From assembly GCA_002189035.1 (NCBI GenBank), contig NEEC01000002.1:1488001-1552000 (forward strand): a stretch of 64,000 nt of DNA, given 5' to 3'. Shown piece by piece: positions 12,025-23,577 of the stretch. The notes below the pieces were generated by a model, which did not search any database, was not told the origin of the DNA, and saw only the letters and a program-made list of their open reading frames with translations. Position 1 is the stretch's first letter. Each line of letters starts with the position of its first letter. A program made the position numbers and the translations under genes. Origin of the DNA: Utricularia gibba (lineage: Eukaryota > Plantae > Magnoliophyta).

Positions 12025-12810
12025 ATGGCTACTGGCGGCTCTCCTCTCCACGGCCGTGTCGCCATAGTCACCGGAGCTTCCCGAGGAATCGGCCGGGAAA
12101 TCGCCGTCCACCTTCGCGCCCTCGGCGCAAGGGTCGTAATCAACTACGCCTCCAGCTCCACCCAAGCCGATCGCCTGGCATCAGATCTGAATATCGCCGC
12201 TGAAGAAGACTCCCGGCCCGTCGCCATCGCCGTTAAAGGGGACGTGTCGAACCCTGACGACGTCAAAGAACTATTCGATCGGGCTGAGCAGGAATTTGGG
12301 GCACCGCCGCATATCCTCGTCAATAGCGCAGGTGTTTTGGATTCCAAGTACCCTAGCCTGGCCGATATGACGCTCGAGAGCTTTGAAACGACGTTTAGCA
12401 TCAATACAAAGGGCACGTTTCTGACCTATCGTGAGGCAGCAAATCGAATTGTGCGTGGCGGCGGCGGTCGAATCATTATGCTTTCGTCGTCCATGGTGGG
12501 CGGATTGATGCCTGGATACGGAGCGTACGCGGCGTCGAAGGCTGCAGTGGAGACGATGATGAAGATTGCGGCGAAGGAGCTGAAGGGGACCGGGATAACG
12601 GTGAACTGCGTGGCGCCGGGTCCGGTGGCAACGGAGATGTTCTTCGCCGGCAAAAGTGAGGAAAGAGTGAAGGCGCTCATGGATGCGACTCCTTTGGGCC
12701 GGCTGGGCCAGCCCAATGACGTCGCCCAAGTTGTTGGTTTCCTTGCAAGTGATTCTGGGGAATGGGTCAATGGCCAGGTATTAAGAGCCAATGGTGGCTT
12801 TGTTGTTTGA
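12025..12810 (+). CDS. Short-chain dehydrogenase/reductase (NADPH-dependent aldehyde reductase-like), intronless, 261 aa
   Basis: TGASRGIG Rossmann motif, NSAG, YAASK catalytic YxxxK and VNCVAPGP. Confidence 0.92.
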   Translation: MATGGSPLHGRVAIVTGASRGIGREIAVHLRALGARVVINYASSSTQADRLASDLNIAAEEDSRPVAIAVKGDVSNPDDVKELFDRAEQEFGAPPHILVNSAGVLDSKYPSLADMTLESFETTFSINTKGTFLTYREAANRIVRGGGGRIIMLSSSMVGGLMPGYGAYAASKAAVETMMKIAAKELKGTGITVNCVAPGPVATEMFFAGKSEERVKALMDATPLGRLGQPNDVAQVVGFLASDSGEWVNGQVLRANGGFVV

Positions 12811-13053
12811 ACCTTGGCCACCATTTTCAACCCACAATTGCAGTCAGCAGGATTTACCCGCAAGCAAAGAATAAAAATGTGGTGTTTGTTCAGGTTTTTG
12901 AACTCTGCTACTCTCTTTTCTAATTTTCAAAGGGGCTTTTACTTGAGTCCGCAGAGAGTTTACAGGGATGGCTGATACTGATCTCTGCAATCTTCACTCG
13001 GGTGCGAGTTTGATGAAGAGGATCTCTACAAACTGATGGCCCCTGCGCTGGAA

Positions 13054-13265
13054 ATGGAAGAGTACAGGATTCGCCCCAACACGGCTTCCTTCAGTATCCT
13101 GCTTAAGGCTATGCAGAAAGCGAAGGGGAGGATGTGGGCAGCAGTGATGATTCCCCAACTACACTATTGAAAAATGGGAACGCCTAGTCAATGAATGTGC
13201 TTGTGGACTGTGTACAGGCGTGTGCTAAAGCCAACGCCTTGGACACTATGGCCTGCTTGATGTAG
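13054..13265 (+). pseudogene. Degenerate PPR-like coding remnant
   Basis: Fragments MEEYRIRPNTASFSILLKAM and MNVLVDCVQACAKANALDTM resemble PPR helices but are interrupted by stops and frameshifts. Confidence 0.4.
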
Positions 13266-14947
13266 CTGTGGAAGAAGGGGGCATGGATCATGCTATCTCA
13301 TGATGGACGCAGGCTGGAAAAAAAACATGATCCCAAATCAGGGATGACATGGTAGTCCCTGTGCTTGTTGCTGCAGATCCGATTTACATTGAATGAATCT
13401 TCTGAAACAGATAGGTTCTGGCCACGAGTCATTGCAGCAGATGCTGAACAAGATCCTGGAAATGAGCTTGCAATGGACAGGGCGCTTCGCCCTGTTCAAA
13501 CTGCACCACATACACTGTGTAGAGCTGCTGCAGGCGCCATGGCTGGTCTAGAAGATGAAGTTCAGTACTGCTCACAGACTACTTGGGAGGGTTGCGATGG
13601 GGAGGACCACATTCTTTAGGAAGGAATCCGTTCACTCCCACCACCACTTGGCCCCTCTGAGTAGTCAAATGGAAGCAATTGGTATTACTCCACAATAAAG
13701 CAACTAAATTAAAACTAATTTTAAAATTCAATCTTAATTGATTAATAATTTTAGGGACGTGAAAGGACAATTCTACCCTTTAACGAGACATTGTGATCTT
13801 TTCAGAGCCAACGATTGACCCAACACTTTTCCTTCAAAAATAATAATAAAATTCCGAAAGTTCACAGACTCGACGTGTGGAATTGCTATTGAAAATCACT
13901 AATAGATTCATATTTATTAATTAATGTGTTTTTTATATATATTAGTTAATTAGATGTGAATGAGGATGGGTGGGGGCGAAATAGGAATTTCAGGTGAGAA
14001 TAACGGCAGGGGATTCGGATCCTGGGTCCTCAGGCTTGAGAGTAGCGTAAAGGCATTAACTCTGCTGTCTTGAGATGTTGTTCGTGGGAGTGAGGGACAC
14101 CACCGGCGCCGCTGCCGCTACCGCTGCCACTCCACGTCCAACTCTAGACCAGAAAAAGATTGTGTTTTTCCTTTTTTTTCGTTGTTGTTTGGTGTAAAAA
14201 GTATAGAAAAAGAACTCCCAACAATTGGTTTTGATTTGATTCGATTCGACCTAATTTAGAGCAGCAATTCATCGAGATATCGTGATCATTGAAGGAAACA
14301 AACAGCCAGCATCTGCCCTTTTTCTCGAGCTCGTTTTTCATCTGAAGGGGACACGGGTTGCCCATCTTCGGAATCCTGTAGTACAGCGTTGTGTATGTAC
14401 TGTGTAGTTTCATGCATGGCATTCGCCTCCTGCTTCTGCTACAAGCTTAGAAGAATGCTGGTAAACGAGGGAACTGTAGCAGAAATTTAAGGAAGAAGGA
14501 GAAGAAAGCGTCTTTTCAAACCCCATCATTACAGACCCATTGGTTTCCAAAGTTCGATTCTTTACCCCTCATAACATTAATTTTTGTTGGAGTTTTTTTC
14601 TGCCTTCACAATCTTGGATCATCACTCCTTTGGGATGGCTAATTTATGCCGTTTTTTCTGATTTCATAAATATCAGATTTTAAACAGTTGTAACTCTTCC
14701 CTTTACTTGCCCCCAAATCGTGACATCTTCTCAGCTGTTCGTCTTATATGCCGAAATTGCTGGCCTTTTTGCTTTTTATGGCTGAACTCTGGTTCAGGTT
14801 CATCTCTGCCATTTGATGGTGGTTACTCTAATCTGGGTTTGCTTCTCTTGATTGATCGAGGAATACTACATTTCGTCTATACACATGGTCGACCAGTGAT
14901 CTTTCAGAATCAAGGATTATTTAATTTCCATGGCGTTTGAACGATCC

Positions 14948-16396
14948 ATGGAGGAAGAAGGGCAGTAATCGAAATTTGTTTGCAGCTATTGCAGCAAGAA
15001 GTTTTCCTGTGGAAAAGCTCTTGGTGGGCACATCAGATCCCATGCGGTAGCTAATTCAGCCGAATCACAAGATCAATTTCAAGCGATTTACATGAAAATG
15101 AGCTTGTTTTCCAGGGAGTTCGATGTATTCAGCGATGGGCAAAATGGTTATGGTTTACGAGACAATCCCAAGAAAACATGGAGAGCGGCTCTTGATTCGA
15201 AGGCTCCTTTGCCTGAAGTCAGGATTTGCAAGGCATGTGGTAAAGAGTTTAAATCTCTAAAAGCTCTTTGTGGGCACATGGCTTGTCACTCTGAGAAGGA
15301 TAAATCTGTTAAAGATGATAGCTCTTGGACCAGTGAGAGTCATAAGATAGCTTTGGATGGTTTTTCTGACACGGATTCTGATCGACTGAAGATGAAGAAC
15401 AGTAGACCATTCAAGACCAGGAAGCAGAAGAAATTTGTTGACAGTTCGCCTTTTTCATCTGTTTCTGAGAGTGATGAGCAGGAGCAAGAGGAGCTTGCAA
15501 TCTGTTTGATGCTTTTGTCCAGGGGTCATATGCACAAAGGGGATATGCATTCATGTGTGGAGTCGTCTGAAAACCACTCCTTTGCTCTGGAGAACAAATC
15601 TTCATCAAACGAAACAGGCAAGTTGGGTAGTATGATGGAAAAGAAGAGGGAGATTAGTACTTTGGATGCGGAATTGGAGGATTCTGATTCAGAGTATTTC
15701 CTTGCTGACAGTGCAGAGATCGAATCCAATGTGAAATCTGGTACTCATGTTTGGAGGAAGAGCTCCAGAAGATTCAACAGTGATCGAACTGAGTTCAGCG
15801 AGTCGAGGAAGGATAATGGGAACTACGAAGATAGGTTCAGGAAAGGGAAGCTTGTGAAAACTGTGGATGAACAGAGTGCAAACTTCTCCAAAAGAAGCAA
15901 ATATGAATGCTTCAACTGCAAGAAGATCTTCAAGTCCTATCAAGCTCTAGGAGGGCACCAACCCTGCAACAGAACATGGGATGCTGCTCTGGATGATGAT
16001 CATACTGACCATAACAAGCCTATCCAATCAAGAACCAAGAGTTCATCACAGAAGTTAGCAAATGTAAAGCCGACAAAAGGGCATGTTTGCCCGTTCTGCA
16101 ATCGGGTTTTCAAGAATGGACAGGCCTTGGGTGGGCACAAGAGGTCCCATTTTATCACCGCCCATGTTGGATCCAGGAAAGTAACTCCAACAATGAAGCC
16201 TGAGCTTCCTGAGATACTTGATCTCAACCTTCCTGCTCCTGAGGCCGGCGAGCATGGTGGCCACGGCCAGCTCATTTCACGGTACCATTGCATCCTTGCT
16301 CCTGAACACTTTACATACTTGGAGATTCACATGAGCATTCCATTTTCCCAAGTCAACAAAAACCAGATGAAACTACAGTTTCTTACAATTGTTTGA
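14948..16396 (+). CDS. C2H2 zinc-finger transcription factor (ZAT-type, four fingers, EAR motif) with in-frame TAA at 14966-14968
   Basis: ATG 14948 is in frame with ORF 15092. Fingers CSYC..KALGGHIRSH, CKAC..KALCGHMACH, CFNC..QALGGHQPCN and CPFC..QALGGHKRSH; L-box EELAICLMLLS; EAR DLNLP. Confidence 0.88.
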
Positions 16397-17270
16397 ACTG
16401 CTTTTTCCTGTGTTCATCTCTGTTGCTTGTAGAGTACTAGAAGTCAGCACCAAGGGAAGAATCCACTTCACATGTCATAATGAGCCTGTTTTCTATGCTG
16501 CAGGCAAATCATGCAATCAGAAAACAAGGGGCAAAGCTCAAAATCTAAAGTTTTCAAGAGCAAGCGAATGATACAGATGCGTTTCGACTCGAACTAAGGT
16601 TAAGTTACACTTTCTTCTAATGAATGTGGGCGTTGCATGCAGGGAGTGGTGCTTTTGACTTTGGGAGTGTTGTATCCTCGCACTAGTTGTCTTTGAAAAA
16701 CACCAACAGCAAACTCCCTGCAAAAAGATAACCCCTCTCCTGTAACCCGCATGGAATGTCTTCTTCAACTTCAACTCATGTGTTCCCTCCAACACGAAGA
16801 CGAATTTTTTTTTTTTTCTTTTGGTAAAAACGAAACTAATATAATAGAAATTTTTTTAAAATTTTTTTCGAAGAATATTTTCACTATTTTGGATATTTAT
16901 TTAAAATATATTCAAGTGAGGGCTTTATTGTCCAAACAAAAAAGCGAACCCGTTTTGACGAGATTCTGATCCCGGGGCGGGAAAGGAAAGGGGTTTTCAG
17001 GCAGCCAACCGTTTCTGTCGTGTCGGACACTCCCCTGCCAAAGCAAGTTGGTTGGAACGATCTTTGTAGGGCCCACACACAAAAGAGGAAAGAAACCATT
17101 GCCAATTATGGGGGTTGGGCCCATCCTCCGCCGGCCCGGGAAGGAAATGGAAACGTGGCCTTTCTCCGTTTACTGGTATGGGCTGCTCAACGAAGGCCCA
17201 TAATTCAATAAATAACAGCCCATTGGGCTTCAGTAGTTCACAACGAATCTACAGCCAGCTTCCGGACTAT

Positions 17271-19426
17271 TCATGTCTCCTCACTCTTCACACTGCTCCA
17301 CCTTGTTCTTGAAGAGTCCCAATGGAAACGTGAAACGAAACCTGCGACGTAGCCGATGAAGGCGCCAAGAGCCAGCACGCTGGCGAGCTTCACAAACCAT
17401 GTGGATCTCGACTCAGACTTCTTCAGTACAAAAAAGTCGTCCGTAGCCACGGTATGGCCATTCAAGACTTGCCCTGAGGGCAGTATCTCCACCTCATCAT
17501 GTACATGGCCATCATGGTTTCCTATGTAAGATACTGTAAGCCTCTGTTTATCTGCAATAAGGCGGATGTAGCCGAATTCTCCGCCACGGTATAGGGACCG
17601 AACTGGTTGGGGGAAGATGGGATCAGAAATGTGGTCCGGCCTCGGCTGCCATATTGGTTGCCAATCTTGGCCTGCCATTCCAATCACCATGTGAACAGGG
17701 AATGCTTTCCAGTCTTCCCCGTTCATGCCTAAGCTTCCACAGGTGAAGTTGTTCAGAGGACAGAAACGCTCGTATCTATGAACATGACCCCACAATGCAA
17801 GTGTTACTCTGTTCTGTACAAACAAAGGCTCCAAGTGCTCCTGCAATCTCACTCTCAGAGCTGTGTCTCTTGTTTCATAGCTTGTAGTGTACATTGGTCT
17901 GTGACCTTGGACCACTACATAAGGAGTATTATTTCTATCAACAGATCCCAAATCGCTTCTCAAGAACTCATACTGCTTGCTGCCGGGAAGGAAGTCTGTC
18001 TCTGTTGAAAAATACACAAAATGGACAACCCCCATGTCAAATGAGTAATAAAGGTTCCTTGTAGAGGGGGCTCTTGTACCAGTGGGCTGTGATGAATTTC
18101 CAGGCATGTGGAATCTAAGACTGTACGGCACACCACACTCTCCACCCCCATCAGTGCCATAGCTCGAATATGACCAATCGGGTTTCCAAGGTTGTAATGG
18201 CCAGTCATACTCATGATTGCCAATGCAAACATGGTATGGAACTCGGGAAGCCACTGGTTCAATCTGGTAGAAGAAGTTATCCCATAACCATGAATAGCCT
18301 CTGGCATAGCTGATGTCCCCAATATGTGAGATCATAGCAGGCTTGTTCCCTATATCATCAATATCTCTACGTATCCATTTAATTGTAGAAACACTTTCCT
18401 CTTGGGTTCTTACAAAAGTCGAGTATGGTGCGAATGTTCCCATGTCTCCGAACAAGAAAGCAATTGTTTCGCTAGAATTAGGTGCCACAAAGCTGAAAGT
18501 TTCACTCCAACCATCAGAATCACTGCCGACCTGCCACATTTTCAAAAAATGAGTTACTGATCTCGTAGAAACAAAAAGAGACAAGGTTGCAATAAAGATA
18601 GATAAGCTGTGTCCCTTACATTCTGCTAAATGCGCACAATTTTCTAGCTCATTTGCTACTTCCCTAACTGTGTTGTACACACATTACAGAATGTATTACG
18701 GAAAGCAATCCCTAAGCAAGATAAGAGTTCACTTACACGATACTGGTACTTCTTCCCTTCCTCTAAGCCAACCATCACACCATCATGAATAAAACCAGGA
18801 TCCCTCCATCCAATACTCTGATTTGCCGGCGAATCACACATATCCTCCATCTCATACCTCAAGACCTCTGTTCCCACAATCTTATCCATTTGATTCAGTT
18901 CTTCCAACCCATACTTCACAAAGCTGTCTTTCCCATCATGAGTAACGAACATGACCCGCATCTCCCCTGCGACACCCGTTAACGCAAGATGGACCTGCTC
19001 GGGTCCTTGGCCCGCTTTGAATCCAACATTTTCAGAAATGGCGAGCAGACGCTTCGTCCCCGGCAAGGGATTATGATCGTGGTCGAGCTTTTTAGGGTTG
19101 ACCTCATTTTCATCCCAGTGAAAGACCCTGAACTGATAATCTGACCGTAAATTGACCAGAGGAAATGTAATCGACCCCGAACCAGATTCCCATCCCGGCG
19201 ACGAAGAAAGGAAAAAATAGCCGATAAAATGGTGGTTGGAGGAATTCGTAGGAGAATAAATCCCCAGCCAATCGAGATTCGATGGGCTTTCAATTCCGGA
19301 CCAACGAACGGTAATGTTTTCACCGGATTTGGCTAGGGTCCTAGAGCTTACCGAGATGGATACTTCCGACGACGACGGACGGACAGCGAGAACGCATAGG
19401 AAAACAATCAATTTTACTGAAAACAT
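17271..19426 (-). CDS. Purple acid phosphatase, large PAP2/PAP9 type (exons 19426-18737, 18530-17271; 649 aa)
   Basis: Signal peptide; metal-ligand blocks GDMG, GDISY, GNHE, VVQGH and GHVH; C-terminal hydrophobic segment; GT-AG phase-0 intron. Confidence 0.92.
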
Positions 19427-19944
19427 ATTGAATCAACAGATCCCGATACAGGAAGTCCGGGATCTTCTCGATCTAGGAGAAGCGAATCCGATCAATGATA
19501 TGAATCCATTGAAAGCGCGAATCTACCTAGCACAAGAATTTCTTAAATAGTTGGGAGTTTTTACCTGAGAATGAAACGGGATTGACTAAGAAAACCGACC
19601 GGGAGCCGGAGGCGTTGGCTGACGTGTACACACGACCAAACGAATATAACTGGCTACCTTTTATTCATTTTTATTCTCGCTGACCACAAGAAAAAAAAAA
19701 AAGGAAACAAATTCCCGGCCGAGCCCTGTGGTCGGATCCGTCCTGCGCAGCGTAGTGGTCTCGTGGTGCCTCAACCGCATTCTGGTGAGTCCATCGGTTC
19801 TTCCGCCGTCGATCGGAGTCAAAGCGCTGGTTGAATTTCGATTGCAGGCACTAGAGAGAAGAGACTCGAGCGAGGTAAACAGGACGTCGGGCATACGGTC
19901 CTGAATTGCGCTCCGAGGCAGGGTTTTCGATCGATGACCTGTGT

Positions 19945-20742
19945 ATGTTTTCTGAATCAAACGGTGTATATGAAGGATATGAACGGCAGTACTGCGATCT
20001 TTCCGACAGTTTTTGTCGCGAAAATGCGATTCCGCTTCCGCACTTGCCGAAGGAGTTGGGTTTTACTTTTAATATCGTCTCCATTTTGAGCGTCCGCTCA
20101 CATTTTTCGTTTGAAGATGAATACTTTCATTCTTGTAGAGCCTCTCTCCGTTAAGATGGAGCCCTTATAAATCACTGCCATTGATTTCGAGTTGGTCATC
20201 GGAGGTGTCTGGTAGCGTATCGCAGTGATGATAATCCAGATGCCTTTGGATGAAATTTTCTGTGTTCTGAGTATTTGCAGAGAAGAAGAAGCACGAGATT
20301 GCTGAATTGCAAGTTGGGCTGGATAGTGCTGGTAATCCGTCATTTCGATCATAATTTCAAGTGCACATCGTTTTGCAATGTTGGGTTTTTAGATGAAAGA
20401 TATCACTTTGTGTAAACTAGGCTAGAAAAATGGATCTTGAGGCTAGAAGCCTCCAGCCAAGCTTGCTGAAAGCTGCATTAGTGGCAACGTTCACAGGGTA
20501 CAAATCTGCTCTGAATAAGTTGACAAAGGAGGTTAAGAAGCTTACCCTTTTGAATTCCTCTGCGGCTGCGCACGACCCGCTGCTGGAGTCGAGAGTGGAT
20601 GGTGCACAGGAGGTGTGTTTGTGGGTGTGTGTGTGTGTATCAATGTATTGCTCAGACATTATACAAGATGATCGTTGGCGCCACAGTCGTAGCCCTTGTC
20701 ATCGCCATCCTTCTTATTCTCCGATCGAAGGTTCTTTACTGA
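19945..20742 (+). pseudogene. VTI1-family (Qb-SNARE) locus, degenerate, lacking the SNARE motif
   Basis: YEGYERQYCDLS, SRKCDSASAL (after a frameshift at T-run 20010-20014), EKKKHEIAELQVGLDSA, RKMDLEARSLQPS..YKSALNKLTKEVKK and the TM segment MIVGATVVALVIAILLIL ending TGA at 20742. Confidence 0.75.
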
Positions 20743-20957
20743 TCCGAGGTATCTCAAGATTATACGGGAAGCTGAATTCTCAGTATATATGCTGTATGTT
20801 CACACCAATGTAGAGTGATTTCTAAGTGTCAATCCCAGGGGAATTGGAATTGATTCTTATTCAGATGGGGCAGTAGCCCATCAACCAAAACAAGAAACTG
20901 AAAGCAAAATATTAAACAAAACAAGAATAACATGTCACCAGGATGAAAAAAGATTGC

Positions 20958-22393
20958 TTAGTTGGGTGGTGGGAAGAAAATCTCCTCCGCGTTTCTCTTG
21001 GCACTGAACTTTTGCTGCACCTCTGGGGGTACATTGAAAGAAGCCTGAAGCACTTCCGCAGACAGCGCTTTCCAAACTCCAGTCCTTCCAGCTAAGTGAC
21101 TGAACACCGGGCTGCACGTGTAGATAATCACATCAAAACAACGTAGTAACCTTGTCGGATGACTTGTCTAGTTATCTTGACGTATGAGGGAATTGGCTTA
21201 CTTGGGAGTGGTGATTATTGAAAACCAGTCCAAGCCATCAGGATCAGATATCTTGGAGACGACGAAGAACCTCGGAACAATGAAGAGCATCCCTGCCTTA
21301 ACAGTCGTCTCCAACACCCGCTTTCCATCAACACCAACCACTTGAACACGGCCACTCCCTCTCACAATGTATGTCACCTGCAAAGAATCAATGGTTATAC
21401 AGAAAAAAAAGAAAAAAAAAGAATCAGGGATTTGATTCTTGGATGATTTGAAAAGTATACCTGCAGAGCAGAGTCACAGGAGAAACCAGGAGAGCACATA
21501 GCATTCCCATTGAGTCTAACAAGATCGGCTCCGAGGCCAACTTCTCCAACCAAAGGCAAGTTTTTAGTATTGAGCACCACAACTTTCCCACCATCCTTGA
21601 TATCGACATCCAGTGGTGCTTCCTCACAGTTTATTGCCATCCCACTGTAGTGTTCCTTCTTAGGCTCGGGCATCTTAATGCTGGGATCCAGCTTCACGAT
21701 CCCATTCCCACTCTGGCTTCCAACCAAAGTCTTGACCACACTCTCTTCTAAGTCCCATGCTCTGCCACAAACTCGGTCGAAAAACCGGTGAAAATCCCAT
21801 TGGATCCTGTCAAGAAGAAATCAGTAAAAGAACCCCGTTTGTGTGCCTTGGAAGTGTCACCGAGGAAGAGGATCACTAGCTCAGCATCCTCCTTGTTGTA
21901 CCACCACGTGACAACTCCGAAAGGAAGGGCAAGAGCGTCTCCTTTCTTGATCGAAAGCACCTTTTCTTCCTTCTCAGGGAGAACTACTCCAGCAACTCCA
22001 CTTCCTTATCAAAATTAAAATAATCCACTGATCAATACATAAATGAGATCACACACGAGGGAAGAAATCGAGATCACTACGATCAGTTTACAGCATTCGG
22101 ACCAACTAATTCCATCAAAATCGAGATCGCAATTCAGAACCCAGCCTCGATCACATCAGAAACAACGACGATGAAAAAGGAGAAACAGTGGCCGCACCTT
22201 GAAGCACATACGCGACTTTCGCGGAATCGGAGTAACGAGGCAGAGCAAACCCGTTCTTCTCCAGAGCAAGCTTCGCTGCTCCGATATCTCCCTCACGGAG
22301 CATGGGCAACTCGTTCGCACACCATGCGTAGTACGCGCCGCCGTCTCCCCCGTAAACCTCCTTGGATAGCTTGGGCGTCAAATCGAGATCCAT
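20958..22393 (-). CDS. RmlC-like bicupin (glutelin/11S-globulin-like, no signal peptide); apparent 1-nt frameshift at ~21765
   Basis: MDLDLTPKLSKEVYGGDGGAYYAW, GFALPRYSDSAKVAYVLQG, GDALALPFGVVTWWYN, CSPGFSCDSALQVTYIVRGSGRVQVVG and terminal IFFPPPN*. Confidence 0.9.
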
Positions 22394-22490
22394 TTTCTAC
22401 GCGCAAAGGAAACCGACTATCGAATATACGGAAAAAAAGAATGAGAAGCGGCTGATGACGGCGAGTCAGTAGTGATCATCCGTTAAGGCC

Positions 22491-22500
22491 CTATTTATAA
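22491..22500 (-). promoter_or_regulatory. TATA box of the cupin gene
   Basis: TTATAAATAG on the minus strand, ~100 nt upstream of the ATG at 22393. Confidence 0.55.
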
Positions 22501-23577
22501 CAGAAGATTCCATGCATTTCCAACCGATCCCTTCATCACGGAATTGGATTCGCTAGGTTACGGTTTCTCACAACTTTATCTTTAATTTTTAAAATCAAAT
22601 ACAAAAATATTTTCAATTTTCAACTTTATTTTTATCACCCTTACAATTTTGAAGGACAAAAATCAATTAAAAAATCCCAAGATCTTACTCATTGACTCGT
22701 TTTGGGAGTTGGCTTACGTGGCATTGACAAGGTATAACCGTAAGTTAAATAAATTCTATTAAAAATATTTCAATAAAATAGAAGATAAAATTCATAAATT
22801 CATATTTTTTTGAAATAAAATTCACTCGTATATAATAACAAAACTATTCATAAAATATTTTTTCAAAAATAGAAATTTTTCCAAATAGAGCATTAGTATT
22901 TTATACTTGACTTGAGGGTGATTCTATAATTTAATTTTAATAAATTTAACGCTCCTAAACACTACGTCTATTTAAAAAAATAAGAAAATATTTTGTTTTA
23001 AATCATCTTAATAATTTGCAACATTTACATATAATTATAATTATTTATTTATCAAATGTATTTTAAATCTAGATATGCGGATTTTATTTTATTTTAAATC
23101 ATATAAGTTCAATTTTCAATCACTATCGGACATGTTCCAATGTCTAAGTACGAATATAAATGATTAATAGACACGTGGTCTATTTGTTGCTTGCCGGCAA
23201 GAACGAGGCTTTGCCTATGTTGCAACTGAGTTCGTTCGTGGCTGAAGTCGTCCGGGTTGTCTGTTTTGTTGGGCCTATCGGGTTGTTCGACGCCCCGTAT
23301 TAAACCTTTTATTTTAAGCAATATAAATAATATTTGTTCCCAAATAAAATATTATTAATATCATTGTCGGATAATATTCGTGGAAAATAAGGAGAATCTT
23401 GGTCAAGATTCAGTAAAATTCTCACGTTTTATTTCCATATTAAATCACAGGTAGTTCATGAATAAGGAAACAAGTTCGAGTCCTTCCTTTTATATTCAGA
23501 GCTTCCTTCGCAAACCCAGGCTATCTTCGTTCTTGATCGGAGAGGGCTTCTGGAGAGCTCAGGTGGCAATTGCAGAG

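Noticed and set aside
16270-16396. Possible stop-loss extension after the ZAT EAR motif (ISRY.. from ISW*)
   Set aside because: Needs two substitutions, and I cannot verify the orthologue C-terminus without a search.
17271-19426. PAP with C-terminal TM helix as a novelty
   Set aside because: Already known for the PAP2/PAP9 clade.
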